Of a stretch of DNA of 64,000 bases, positions 30,549 through 45,719 are shown piece after piece. Location: NCBI GenBank assembly GCA_964016885.1, contig OZ024744.1, positions 107,694,001 through 107,758,000 on the forward strand, written 5' to 3'. The notes under the pieces were generated by a model, which saw only the letters and a list, made by a program, of their open reading frames with translations, did not search any database and was not told where the DNA came from. The position numbers were made by a program, and so were the translations under genes. The stretch comes from Eledone cirrhosa. Lineage: Eukaryota. How positions within the stretch are numbered: position 1 is the stretch's first letter; each line of letters opens with the position of its first letter.

Positions 30549-33407
30549 TATCATCATCATCATCATCATCATCAACGTTTAACGTCCGTGTTCCACGCTT
30601 GCATGGGTTTGGACGGGGGTAGTCCCACTTGAGGCAAGAGTGATTGTCTTGCTCGCATAGGACTGTCTGGCAGGTTTTCTACAGTTGGATGCCCTTCCTA
30701 ACACCAACCACATTTACAGTGTGGGTCTGGGAGGTTTTTACCGTGTTGCCTACACGGCCACATTACAGCGTGGACTGTGTGTTTTTTGTCGTGACACCTA
30801 CACGATCTCATTTGTTTCGGCCTCGATGGCGCGGCACCAACATAACTTTACATAGAACGGGGTGGTGTGGATCGGGTGGGGGTGGTGGGACGGGGTGTAT
30901 TTGTTAGAGATGCCTACTGGCTGGAGTAGGTTTTACTATATATTTAGGTAAGGCGGGTCTTCTCTGTTACTGAGTACCGCCAAAGGTCTCGGTCCAGTGA
31001 CATTGTCTTGGAGAGGTGTAAGTGTGTGATGTCGGAGTTTATCAGCTCGTCCCAGGTTTTTCTAGGTCTGCCTATTCCGTGACTACCGTCTATCTTTATT
31101 GCCCTGCACTTTGTTATACAGCTATCGACTTTCATGCGCATCACGTGTCCATACCAACGTAGCCTTCTCTCGAGTAAACAACATCTGATCCCTCTTATCT
31201 CTAATTTATTCCTTAGTTCGTTTATGCTTTGCCGTTCACGTATATTACTGTTACACATCCAGCGGAGCATGCAAGCTTCGTTCCTCTCTAGTCTGCGTAT
31301 ATCCTCTGCACACAATGCCCAGGTCTCACTGCCATGCAGCATTGCTGTTCGTATGCAGGCATCGTACAACCTGCCTTTCATTTTTAGTGAGAACCCTTTA
31401 GCAGCTAATAGTGGTATAAGCTCTCTGAACTTTTTCCAACCAGTTCTGACTCTAGCTACAGTACTTTCAGAGCACCCTCCCCCACTGCTGATTTTATCGC
31501 CCAGGTAACGGAAGCTGTCCACTATTTCTATAGAACCCTCTGCGCAATTGAAAGAGCTAGTAGTTTGTGGGCACTTGCTGCTACTTATTGCACCAGAGCA
31601 CCGGCCACATGTAAAATCTATGTTCTTAGTTAGCCTACCTGTGATCCCACTACATCTTTTATGCACCCATACTTTGCATTTAGGACATAAAATGGAGTTT
31701 CTACCTACGCCTTTCCTACACACCGAGCACGACCATTTCCCAGAAGGGACCGCCGCCTTGTTTTCTTTCCTACAAACTAGTACTTTGGTCTTAGCCAGGT
31801 TAATTTTAAGTCCTTTTGACTCTAGGCCGTGCTTCCATGTTTGGAATTTCTTCTCTAGCTCGGCCATTGATTCCGCTATGAGTGTCAGGTCGTCTGCGTA
31901 TAGGAGTTCCCATGGGCAGCCTGTCTTGAACTCCTCTGTTATGGCCTGAAGGGCAATAATAAATAGTAGTGGACTGAGAACAGAGCCCTGATGGACGCCG
32001 ACTTTTACGCTAAACTCTTCACTATATTCGTTGTTAATTCTAACCTTGCTGACTGTTTCTTTATACATGGCTTGTATAGCCCTCACAAGCCATTCGTCAA
32101 CGCCTAGTTTTCTAAGAGCCCACCAGATAATGGAGCGGGGGACTCTGTCGAAGGCTTTCTCCAAGTCGACAAAAGCTAAGTAGAGGGGTTTACCTTTAGC
32201 TAGGTACTTCTCTTGTAGTTGTCGTACTATGAAAAGAGCGTCTGTGGTACTTTTGCCTGACACAAACCCGAACTGCATTTCATCTAGGTCAATTCTCTCT
32301 CTGATTAGTTGCGCTATTACTCTTTCCGTGACCTTCATGACCTGGTCGATTAATTTAATGCCTCTATAGTTACTCCTATCTAGGGCGTCTCCTTTACCCT
32401 TATAACAGTTAACGATGATGCTGCTATGCCAGTCCTTCGGAACAACCCCGTTTTGTACGACTTGGTTAACTATGCGGGTGACCATGGTGTGTCCCACCGT
32501 GCCAGATGCCTTCAGCATCTCAGCAACTATTTCCGAAGGCCCAGCCGCCTTACCAGTCTTCATATCCTTGATTGCCTTACTTATTATACTCCCCTCGACT
32601 AACACTGCTGGTCCCTCTATTGGGTCGATATGGGGGAGACTGCCTTTCTCCCAATTATTCTCCTCATTTAGAAGCCTTTCATAGTGACACTTCCAAGCTA
32701 CCTTCTTATCAGCGTCGGTGATGGCAAGTGTGCCATCGTCGTTTAGTACACACTTCTCCCCGACAATATCACGGTTTTCCTTGACGCATTGCCTAGCAAT
32801 CCTGAACACCTCACGTTTTTGGTCATCGCGTTGTAGAACATGCTTGAACTTTCTTTCCTCAGCTTCCCTTCTTGCTAAGTACACTTGTCTCCTAGCTTCC
32901 CTCCTGGCCACTTGATAGTCCTCTCTACTTCCCCCATCCCGCCATACTTTCCAAGCCTGCTTTTTGGCCTTAATTGACCCCTCCACCTTACTGTTCCACC
33001 ACCATGTTACTCTCCTCCTGCCTACAGGCCTGCTCCAGCCACAGACCTCGTCTGTCGCCAACAGCAGGTTTGCTTTCAGAAATTCCCACTCTCCCTCTAT
33101 ATTGTCCGACTCTAAATGTTCTTCCTTACTGTCGAAAGCATCAAGTAATATGCTTTGAAATTTATTCCTGGCTGTGGGGTCCTTTAGCTTCCATATTTTC
33201 CTCCTGAGGATAGTCCTCTTCTGTTGTCGAGTACGTCTCGTCCTGACTATGAGGTCGCTAATTATCAGTCTATGTTGGGAGGTGCATTCTTCATGGGGGA
33301 GGGATTTAGTGTTAACAACAGACACTCTGTCACGTCTTCTGGTAAGGATATAATCTACCTGGCTTGTGTGTTCCCCGGATCTATAGGTGATCAGGTGATT
33401 GTCACGT
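30549..33407 (-). mobile_element. RTE family R, long 5'-truncated copy
   Basis: 793-aa open frame 30944-33325; 3' UTR; (ATC)n tail; flanked by TA. Confidence 0.95.
30944..33325 (-). CDS. RTE ORF (APE C-terminus, RT, PHD finger), 5'-truncated
   Basis: Uninterrupted frame with RT motifs. Confidence 0.82.
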   Translation of the reverse strand: MSVVNTKSLPHEECTSQHRLIISDLIVRTRRTRQQKRTILRRKIWKLKDPTARNKFQSILLDAFDSKEEHLESDNIEGEWEFLKANLLLATDEVCGWSRPVGRRRVTWWWNSKVEGSIKAKKQAWKVWRDGGSREDYQVARREARRQVYLARREAEERKFKHVLQRDDQKREVFRIARQCVKENRDIVGEKCVLNDDGTLAITDADKKVAWKCHYERLLNEENNWEKGSLPHIDPIEGPAVLVEGSIISKAIKDMKTGKAAGPSEIVAEMLKASGTVGHTMVTRIVNQVVQNGVVPKDWHSSIIVNCYKGKGDALDRSNYRGIKLIDQVMKVTERVIAQLIRERIDLDEMQFGFVSGKSTTDALFIVRQLQEKYLAKGKPLYLAFVDLEKAFDRVPRSIIWWALRKLGVDEWLVRAIQAMYKETVSKVRINNEYSEEFSVKVGVHQGSVLSPLLFIIALQAITEEFKTGCPWELLYADDLTLIAESMAELEKKFQTWKHGLESKGLKINLAKTKVLVCRKENKAAVPSGKWSCSVCRKGVGRNSILCPKCKVWVHKRCSGITGRLTKNIDFTCGRCSGAISSSKCPQTTSSFNCAEGSIEIVDSFRYLGDKISSGGGCSESTVARVRTGWKKFRELIPLLAAKGFSLKMKGRLYDACIRTAMLHGSETWALCAEDIRRLERNEACMLRWMCNSNIRERQSINELRNKLEIRGIRCCLLERRLRWYGHVMRMKVDSCITKCRAIKIDGSHGIGRPRKTWDELINSDITHLHLSKTMSLDRDLWRYSVTEKTRLT

Positions 33408-33482
33408 ATATGTCATATATATGTATATATATATATACATATATATACATATACATATATGTACATATATATATACATATAC

Positions 33483-33514
<32 letters not shown>

Positions 33515-33977
33515 ACATATACATATATACATATATATACATATACATATATATACATATACATATATATACATATACATATATAGATATATATACATAC
33601 ATATATATACATATACATATATACATATATATACATACATATATATACATATACACATACATATATATACATATACATATATATACATATACACATATAT
33701 ATATACATATACATATATATACATATACATATATATACATATATATACATATACATATACATATATATACATATACACATACATATATATACATATACAT
33801 ATATATACATATACACATATATATATACATATACATATATATACATACATATATATACATATACATATACATATATATACATATACATATACATACATAT
33901 ACATACATATATATATACATATACATATACATATATATACATATATATATACATATATATATACATATATATATACA

Positions 33978-34031
<54 letters not shown>

Positions 34032-34120
34032 CATATATATATACATATATATATACATACATATATATATACATATATATATACATATATATATACATAC
34101 ATACATATATACATATATAC

Positions 34121-34151
<31 letters not shown>

Positions 34152-34253
34152 CATATATATATACATATATATATACATATATATATATACATATATATAT
34201 ACATATATATATACATATATATATACATATATATATACATACATATATATATA
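33408..34253. repeat. Imperfect (TA)n/(TACA)n array
   Basis: Direct inspection. Confidence 0.97.
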
Positions 34254-36484
34254 TAACTTTGAATAACTTTGAAATGTTTTGGCCAGTATTGGCCCAGGTC
34301 ATGTCTAACTTAATAGCACCACCTGGCGAAGTCTTTCAATTCAGGATTTGGGCACCATGGCCCATTCGAGAAGAGAATTACTGTTTGCGGAGACATATCC
34401 GGGTGTGGGTGGTTTGTCCGGGATTACTTGGAGGAATTTGTCCAAAGACTTCTTGAATTTTGAGTGGTCAGTTTCTGTTTTGACGTGTCCTGGTGTGATG
34501 TTGAAGAGAGCAGGGCCGATTGAGGTGAAATAATTGTGCCGTATTGTTGTTATGAGTTGCGATTTAGATTTTTGAATGGGACGGATAGCACGGGGCCCAA
34601 GCCTTGGGTGTATCTTGAAGGCGATGCCAACATCATTTGGGCAGTGATGATGGAACATTTTCCACATCATGCAGATAATATAACGCTCACGGCGACGTTG
34701 GAGTGAGTAAAGTTTCAGGTTTTCCAATCGACCCCAGTAGTCAAGGTCTGACATGCCATCTATCTTTTTCGTGATTGCCCTTTGAGGAGCTTCAAGTTTC
34801 ATGATACTTTGTTTCGTGTGGGGAGACCACAGTGGACAACAGTATTCAAGGTGTGGTCGGGCGAAAGTAGAGAAGAGAAGGATAATGGTGCGGGAATCTC
34901 TCGACTGGAAGGTTCTGAGGATCCAGGAACACATTCTGCGGGCCATGTCAACTTTGCTGCTTATATGCGTGGTCCAGCTTATGTTGCTGTCCACGGTTAC
35001 TCCCAAGTCTCTGATGTTGTTAGATGCCACGAGAGTTTCCCCGGAGGGAAGGGAGTACGGGAGTTTCAGAGCATCCTCTTTTCCAAAGTGGATCAGTTCG
35101 AATTTGTACTCGTTCAGTAACATGTTGTTCTTTTCTGCCCATTGGGTAACAGCCAGTAGGTCTGACTGAAGGCTTATCCGGTCATCCACGCCATTGATGA
35201 CCTTTTGGAGCTTGGAATCATCAGCGAAAATTTTAATGTTGCTGTGTTTGATGATGTCAGTGATGTCATTAATATAGATGATGAAGAGAAGTGGGCCCAA
35301 CACAGTGCCTTGTGGGACTCCACTACTGACTTTGGCTGGGCTTGATTTGACTCCCTCAACTACAACATGTTGGGTTCTGTTTGACAGGAAGCTCTTGATC
35401 CACTGCAGCAGCTTTCCAGTGACACCAATATTGGACAGCTTTCTCAGTAGAATGTTATGATCAACCCTGTCAAAGGCCTTGCTGAAATCAAGGTAGATAA
35501 CATCAATGTTGGAACCCTCTCCCAAGGCTCTCAAAATGTCATCAAAGTGATGCAGTAGTTGCGTCAGGCAATCCCTTCCATTACGGAATCCATGCTGGTT
35601 GGAGTTCAGCATATTGTTACTCTCAAGGAAGTGGGTCATTCGCGATCTCACCACTCGCTCAAATACCTTAATGATATGAGAGGTGAGTGAGATTGGACGG
35701 TAATTCACGGCAAGGGATTTGTTTCCCTTTTTGAAAACTGGGACAACAGACTGGGATAGAAGGTTTTCTGGCACATATCCAGCATCCAGTGAGTTCCGCC
35801 ACAGATTGGCAAGAGGAGAAGCAAGTTGGTGTTGACACGCCTTCAGGACACAAGCAGGGAACCTATCGGGACCTACTGCTGAATTATGCTTGATTTCCTT
35901 TATTGCCGCCAAGACATCAGGGGCGCCAAACGTTATGTCCGATAAGGTGTAATGGGGAGTAACATCGCCGATACAGCCCAGATCGGCCATATCAGGATTG
36001 CTGAAAACAGAGCAGTATTGTTTCTGCAGTATCTCACCCATGGTTTTAGCATTGTCTTGAAGAGTGCCATTTTCATCAATTAGAGGGCCAACAGTAGAGC
36101 CAGTGATTTTGTGTTTTTTTGCAAATGAAAAGAACACTTTGGGATTGAGTTTGATCTTCTCAATGGCCCAGGCCTCTTCAGCTCTTCTCTGATTGTTGAT
36201 GAGGGACATTATGTTGTTTTGGAGGTTATGTTTTTTAATCTCTAGTGATTAAATGGCAGTCAAGTTGATGTGTTGCTGCTGACAGTATTTCAGCTTGTTG
36301 ATTTTTTTGTTCGTTCTCTTAATTTTTCTGATGAGCGTTTTTCTATTTCTAGGGATTCTGCTCTTAGATTTGTTTATAGTTCTTAATGGGGTGTGTTTAG
36401 CACATATGTATGTAACAGTGTCCACAAATGTCTGCCAGGACTTTTTGATGTTAGTGGGTGTATGAGTGTGCGTGAAGGACCAGT
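34254..36484 (-). mobile_element. CR1/L2-group LINE, family A copy 4 (5'-truncated)
   Basis: RT ORF 34341-36209; TCA>TAA nonsense change at 36249. Confidence 0.95.
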
Positions 36485-36490
36485 ATATAC

Positions 36491-36553
<63 letters not shown>

Positions 36554-36564
36554 CATATATATAC

Positions 36565-36595
<31 letters not shown>

Positions 36596-36622
36596 CATAT
36601 ATATACATATACATATATATAC

Positions 36623-36653
<31 letters not shown>

Positions 36654-36664
36654 CATATATATAC

Positions 36665-36695
<31 letters not shown>

Positions 36696-36722
36696 CATAT
36701 ATATACATATACATATATATAC

Positions 36723-36819
<97 letters not shown>

Positions 36820-36835
36820 CATATATAATATATAC

Positions 36836-36884
<49 letters not shown>

Positions 36885-36912
36885 CATATATATACATATA
36901 TACATACATATA

Positions 36913-36945
<33 letters not shown>

Positions 36946-37261
36946 ACATATATACATATACATATATACATATACATATATACATATATATATACATATA
37001 TATATATACATATATATACATATATATATACATATACATCTATATACATATACATCTATATATACATATATATATACATGTATATATACATATATATATA
37101 TATACATATATACATATACATATATATATATATACACATATACATATATATATATATACACATATACATATATATATATATACACATATACATATATATA
37201 TATATACACATATACATATATATATATATACACATATATATATATATACACATATACATAT

Positions 37262-37617
37262 GGAGGCACATGGCTTAGTGGTTAGAGCATTGGCCTTGCA
37301 ATTGAAAGGTTGTGAGTTCAATTCTCAGACCGGGTGATGTGTTGTTTCCTTGAGCAAGACACTTTATTTCACATTGCTCCAGTTTACTCAGCTGTAGAAA
37401 TGAGATGATAGGGACTGGGTTCCCTATCATTCCACAGCAAAGTGGTCGTGGAGGTGCCACGGCAAAAAAGCACCCAGCACTCACTGTAAATGAGGTTGGT
37501 GTTAGGAAGGGCATCCAGCTGTAGAAATCAAGCCAGAATCAGTTCCCGTCCGACCCTTGCAAGCAGGGAAAAAGCGGACATAAAATGAAATGATGATGAA
37601 ATGATGATGATGATGAT
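37262..37617 (+). mobile_element. Full-length tRNA-derived SINE
   Basis: Same family as 23229. Confidence 0.9.
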
Positions 37618-38204
37618 ATATATATATATACACATATACATATATATATATATACACATATACATATATATATATATACACATATACATATATATATATA
37701 TACACATATACATATATATATATATACACATATACATATATATATATATATACACATATACATATATATACACATATACATATATATATATACACACATA
37801 TACATATATATATATATACACATATATACATATATATATATATACACATATATACATATATATATATATACACATATATATATATATACACATATATACA
37901 TATATATATATATACACATATATACATATATACACATATACATATATATATATATACACATATACATATATATATATATACACATATACATATATATATA
38001 TATACACATATACATATATATATATATACACATATACATATATATATATATACACATATACATATATATATATATACACATATACATATATATATATATA
38101 CACATATACATATATATATATATACACATATACATATATATACATATATACACATATACATATATATACATATATACATATATATATATATATACATATA
38201 TATA
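37618..38204. repeat. TA-derived array with a 24-bp higher-order unit
   Basis: CACATATACA recurs at 24-bp spacing (37631, 37655, ...). Confidence 0.85.
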
Positions 38205-38437
38205 GCATGGGTTAGACGGGTTGTCCTGTTGCAGGCAGTGTCCGGTCGGCAGACCTTGTATTGCTCATACGGGAACTGATTCTGGCTTGATTTCTACAGC
38301 TGGATGCCCTTCCTAACACCAACCTCATTTACAGTGAGTGCTGGGTGCTTTTTTTTCCGTGTAGCCTACACGACCACTTTGCAGTGGAATGATAGGGACC
38401 CCAGTCTCTATCATCTTATTTCTACAGCTGAGTAAAC
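38205..38437 (-). mobile_element. SINE fragment (variant with a longer 3' region)
   Basis: GGATGCCCTTCCTAACACC and the CORE-adjacent segment. Confidence 0.75.
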
Positions 38438-40377
<1,940 letters not shown>

Positions 40378-40599
40378 CATTTACAGTGAGTGCTGGGTGC
40401 TTTTTTGCCGTGGCACCTCCACGACCACTTTGCAGTCCCTATCATCTCATTTCTACAGCTGACTAAACTGGAGCAATATAAAATAAAGTGTCTTGCTCAA
40501 GGAAACAACACATCACCCGGTCTGAGAATTGAACTCACAACCTTTCAATTGCACCTGGCTTAGTGGTTAGAGAATTGGCCTTGCAATTGAAAGGTTGTG
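40378..40599 (-). mobile_element. SINE copy with inverted 5' tRNA head
   Basis: Minus-strand body to 40553, then plus-strand TGGCTTAGTGG...GGTTGTG at 40556-40599. Confidence 0.8.
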
Positions 40600-40710
40600 T
40601 TAACACTCATCTGAGGATCTGGTCTGGGGTGCCATCCTAGAACACGAGCCAGCTGCTTGAGAAATATTTGTAACCATTTTGTTCTTATTATACAAATATA
40701 TATATATATA

Positions 40711-40942
40711 TATTATTTCAAAATATTAATAAATATAGACATTCATGGGATCAAATATATTTTATTATATATATTTCAGAGGTACTGAGCTGTTTCATCA
40801 GTACATCCTCATCAGATAAAATAAATATTTATTTTATCTGATGAGGATGTACTGATGAAACAGCTCAGTACCTCTGAAATATATATAATAAAATATATTT
40901 GATCACATGATGTCTATATTTATTAATATTTTGAAATAATAT
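40711..40942. repeat. Spacerless ~230-bp palindrome with a degenerate hammerhead-like core in each arm
   Basis: Centre between 40826 and 40827; arms differ at ~2 positions; CTGATGA...GAAACAGCT. Confidence 0.88.
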
Positions 40943-40959
40943 TAATAACTCCAGAAAAT

Positions 40960-43200
40960 CTAACTGTTGACGTCGGAGCTTCAATGAATCCATGCCCAGG
41001 GAAGCAAGGCGTTCAGAGTATGGTAGGTGTCTGATGGAGGGTATGCGCTTGGTTGCACGTCTCTGAACAGTTTTCAGGCAGTCAATGTTCTGAACAAAAT
41101 AGGGGTTCCAGACTGATGATGCGAATTCCAAGTGTGGTCGTACCATAGCTGTATACAGCTTTAAATAGATGGCTGGAGAGCAGCTAACAAAGGTCTTGCT
41201 GAGTGATGCCAAGGCACCCTCGGCTTTCTTGACAATCTTAGAGACATGCTATGTCCCACGCAAATCGCTGCTGACAGTAATGCCCAGGTCACATTCACAA
41301 GAGGACTTCTTGATATCAGTGTTGTGGAGGGAGTATGTGGACGCTGGATTTTTCCTCCCAAAATGCATGGTGGTACACTTGTCCACAGCCAGCTTCAGTT
41401 GCCAGTCTGTGATCCATTGCTGCATTGTGTCCAGGTCTGATTGTAGGAAAGAGTTGTAGATTTCAGGATCAGTCCTTTTGATTTCAAGGTACAGCTTGAT
41501 GTCATCTGCATATTTCAGTACCGTGGCATTCTGTAAGTTGGCATCTATGTCATTAATATATGCCACAAACAAAAGGGGACCAAGAACAGATCCCTGTGGT
41601 ACACCAGTTGACATCTCATATGGTGAAGAATGCTGTCCTAGAACCGTGACTCCCTCTTTTCGGCTGAGAATGAAGGATTTCAACCAGTCGAAAGGATTAT
41701 CCGTCACACCCATTGCAGAGAGTTTTGCCATAAGTCTTTTATGTGGCACAGAATTAAAAGCCTTAGCAAAGTCAAGGTAAACAACATCCACCCATGAGCT
41801 GCTGCTGTCAAGGAACTCGATAAGCTGATCACAGGAGCTGGAGTTAGGGATAAATGCAAACTGCTAGGGCCGGATGAGGCTGTGAGAGCTCCAGAAGTTC
41901 CAAAGTGTTTCTCTGACACAGGATTCCATGTGTTTGGCCCTACAGCTAGTGAGACTGACTGGACGATACTTGACAGGTTACATGCGGTTGCCCTTTTTGA
42001 ACAGGGGAATGACACTGGCAGTTTTCCACTGCTCCGGAGTAGCACCATCGTTGAGACAGTATTGAAAGAAGAAAGAAAGCTGGCGCAAAAGGAAGTACCC
42101 ACCACGTTTGAGAAGCAGGTATGTAACACCATCAAGACCAGGGGAGGCATAGTTGCGCTTATTCTTAAGGTGACGTCGCAACATTGCAGGTGTAAATTCC
42201 ATAGTTGTTATGGAATTTGATGTTAGAGATGGTGGAGATGGTACATTCTGGTTTTCAACAGTAAAAATACTTGCATAGCACTCAGCCATGAGTTCTGCGC
42301 ATTCTTTAGGATCGTCAGTGATCTGGCTTGTGTGGGGATTGCGAAGAGGACCAACTGGAGAGTGAGGTCTCTGCTTTGAATGAACATATTTCCAGAACAC
42401 CTTACTGTCAGGATTGGTTGCTATGCACTGTTCAAATTCAAGCACTGCCTTCTTTGTCACTTGCTTGAGATGGTTAAAAGATTTATTCCGCTTTTTTCTG
42501 TTGGCATCTGATTTATGCAGTTTTTATTCCTGTTCTTTCCTGGCAAGTCGGACCGCTGAAGTTTCCCAAATTGCACTTTTGGTGTGGGTTCTTTTCTGCT
42601 TACGTGGCACCGATGCTGCACACGCTATCCACATTGAGTCCAGGATGCCCTGGAGTATAGTGTTCACATCTCCAGAGTTATACATCTCATGCCAGTTTGG
42701 GCGCTGTAGCTCAGTGCAGTACAAGTTCCAATCTGCTTTCTTCCAATCAAAGCAAGCAGATTGGAGATGGCTCTGGTTTTTGTTGCTGCTCGCAAGAGCC
42801 AGATTGGCAATGATCATAGCATGATCAGAGTCGCCTAGAGGTTCCTCAGTAGTACAACTGATAACCACTTCAGGAATAGTGGTGAAGATCAGGTCCAAAG
42901 TGTTGTCACCTCTTGTTGGAGAGGTGACTACTTGTGACCAGTTTGAGTCCAGCACTAGCTCAAGGAAATCGTTTGCACTTTGTGGCCAACGAAAGGTTTC
43001 CCAATCGATCTCAGGATGATTGAAGTCACCTGCAATAAACACATAAGTGGCTGTTTTCCTGGCAGCAACTCTGCAACTAATGTGTGGTTGCTGTGCACTG
43101 CGGGGCAGTTAATACACGGCAGTGCACAGGACATGGAGGTCTGGGCTAAATTGTTTACTCCCGTACATAATCCCGAACTTACCACTAATAACTAAATGTT
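40960..43200 (-). mobile_element. Older, decayed CR1-group LINE (family C)
   Basis: Fragmented ORFs: AGDFNHP/LDLIF/SDH (APE), YLDFAKAF, GVPQGSVLGP, YADD, VRPHLEFA. Confidence 0.88.
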
Positions 43201-43340
43201 TGCGATCTAAATCACGAACTGGCGCTTCGGAAGTGCAAGTCCTGTGAATTCATTGAGCGAGTGGGAAAGTTCAATGTACTAGCACAAACTCAGTCTGTCT
43301 AGTTCAATACACTTATATACACACACACCCACATATAATA

Positions 43341-43678
43341 ATCATCATCATCATCATCATTTTACGTCCGCTTTTCCCTGCTTGCAAGGGTGGGACGGGA
43401 ACTGATTCTGGCTTCATTTCTACAGCTGGATGCCCTTCCTAACACCAACCGCATTTACAGTGAGTGCTGGGTGCTTTTTTGCCGTGGCACCTCCACGACC
43501 ACTTTGCAGTGGAATGATAGGGACCCCAGTCCTATCATCTCATTTCTACAGCTGAGTAAACTGGAGCAATGTGAAATAAAGTGTCTTGCTCAAGGAAACA
43601 ACACATCACCTGGTCTGAGAATTGAACTCACAACCTTTCGATTGCAAGGCCAATGCTCTAACCACTAAGACATGTGCC

Positions 43679-43682
<4 letters not shown>
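43341..43682 (-). mobile_element. Full-length tRNA-derived SINE
   Basis: Same family as 23229; (ATC)n tail on +. Confidence 0.9.
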
Positions 43683-43723
<41 letters not shown>

Positions 43724-43769
43724 CACAAATATATATACATATATATGCCTGATGAAGATCTTACAGGCT

Positions 43770-44730
43770 TATGGAATCCCCAAGAGATGGTATGACGGAG
43801 TTCTTTGAGATACTGGCTGGAGTGCTCCAGGAAGATATATTGGCTACCTAACTTTCTATTATCGCAGTAGACTATTGTATGAAGCCTTGCGCTGGAGAAA
43901 CACCAGGACTCTGGCTTTACTGTAGCATTGGCTCAGAGTAGGAGAGTTAAGGCAAAAAAGATATCAGATGCTGAATTTACTGATGACATAGTTCTGGTGA
44001 CAAACACAATGAAGGAGGCAGAGGAGTTGATGAAGGAGGTGGAGACTGTGTTGATGAGTGTGGGGCTGAGAATGAATGAGATTAAGACAAAGTATGTGGT
44101 AGAGAACATTAAGAAGCCAGAGAAGATTATGAATGTAGGTGGTAAGCTGCTAGAATTGGTTGGGGACTTCCTGTATCTGGGAGCAAAGATTGGGAATACA
44201 GAAGATGATGTGGTGGAGAGGAAGAGCAAAGCCTGGGCGGCGTGCCACAGTTTGAGATCAGTGTGGAAGTCGGACCTTCGTAAAGACCTGAAGATCCATC
44301 TATTTGTTGCTACAGTGGAGTCTGTGCTGCTGTACAGGTCTGAGACTTGGACACTGACCAAGAAACTCACTCACATGATGGATGGGTGCTACACGAGAAT
44401 GCTGAGCATGGCTCTGAACATTAATCATATATACTGGGTATAAAGAACAGAGCTGTACAGGAGCCTCCCAAATGTCAGCTCAAAATTAACACAGAGGAGA
44501 CTGAGGTCAGCTGGACATGCTCACTGACATTTAGAGTTGACACTGCACTCAGTGCTCCTGTGGAAGCCCCATGCACGGACACACTAGGAGAGGGAGACCA
44601 AGGATGACACATGTTGATGTCCTAAGGACAGACACGGGTCTCTTGGAGATGCAAAACATCGCGGCGATGATGAAGGACAGAGACCACTGGAGAGAACTCG
44701 TCCATGATCTCGTGAATTTTAACCACCCTA
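43770..44730 (+). mobile_element. Decayed RTE-group LINE fragment (distinct family)
   Basis: AGVLQED, DAEFTDDI, FLYLG, VESVLLYRSETW, DGCYTRML. Confidence 0.8.
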
Positions 44731-44780
44731 GATAGATAGACATATATATACAAATATATATACATACATATATGACGGCG

Positions 44781-45065
44781 ATGAATTTGTTTTGCAAGGT
44801 TTTTTTTATATGAAATTATATCTTGAAACAAATTGTTATATTTGGGGAGGGTCATATTGTTATAATATTTCCAGAAATATATAGTAAAACACACTCACTG
44901 TTTGATTTGGGTTGGTTTTCACTTCAGTATATTTTATATTTCTATGGCAATCAATGTTTATCATTGATTGACCAACAGTTAAAAAATATAGATATATAGT
45001 TTCTTTCTTCACACACCTTTGACACCATCAGTGATATTATTGTTTCCTCCCGTTGTATTGTAATG
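44781..45065 (-). mobile_element. Diverged relative of the 11059-11480 element
   Basis: ATTGTTATATTTGGGGAGGGTCATATT and ACACACTCACTGTTTG shared in the opposite orientation. Confidence 0.6.
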
Positions 45066-45719
45066 TTTTCTTATTCTATTTTATTTATTTATTCATTCTC
45101 GTCTTTGTTTGCGCATGCGTTTGTGTGTGTTCGAGTCTGTGTGTGTTTGTATTCTAGCTTTGGTCACTAGTGTGTGTTTATGTGTGGTTGTTGTTATTGT
45201 ACTTGTGTATATTTATTTATATTTATCTTAGGTCACTATTCTGTGTTTGTGTGTGGTTGTTGTTGTTATTCTTCCAGTCATGTTTTCTGTTCAGCTTCGG
45301 TTTTCTTAGTTCTATTTCAGTTGTTCTCCTAATTTGTCTCCCTGTTGAGTCATTTTTATGTTGTCTATATTACCATCATGTCTTTGTCTGGCGTGTTCAT
45401 ATAGTACAAAACTGTCTTTTTGTCCTTCATGGTACAACAACCAGAGATACCACAGTGTCATGTTTGTGGATGCAACCCCTGGAGGTCAACTAGCTAAACC
45501 TATTTAGAAAGGCCCTAAGAAAGGCGTAATATGATGTGTGTCGTTTTGTCTCTTTCATTTTCATTTGTTCCTCTATCCCTATCACTTCTGAGGGCTAACA
45601 CATTTCTAGGCGTTTATTCCTGTCCTTTGAGGTAAGACATTACCAGACGCCATCATTGATGCTGTTTAGGCAGCTATCGTTGCATGGAGTTTTTCTCAAA
45701 CACTTGTAATAATACAAAC

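Noticed and set aside
40608-40660. CTGAGGA possible hammerhead core
   Set aside because: No GAAA or stem III follows.
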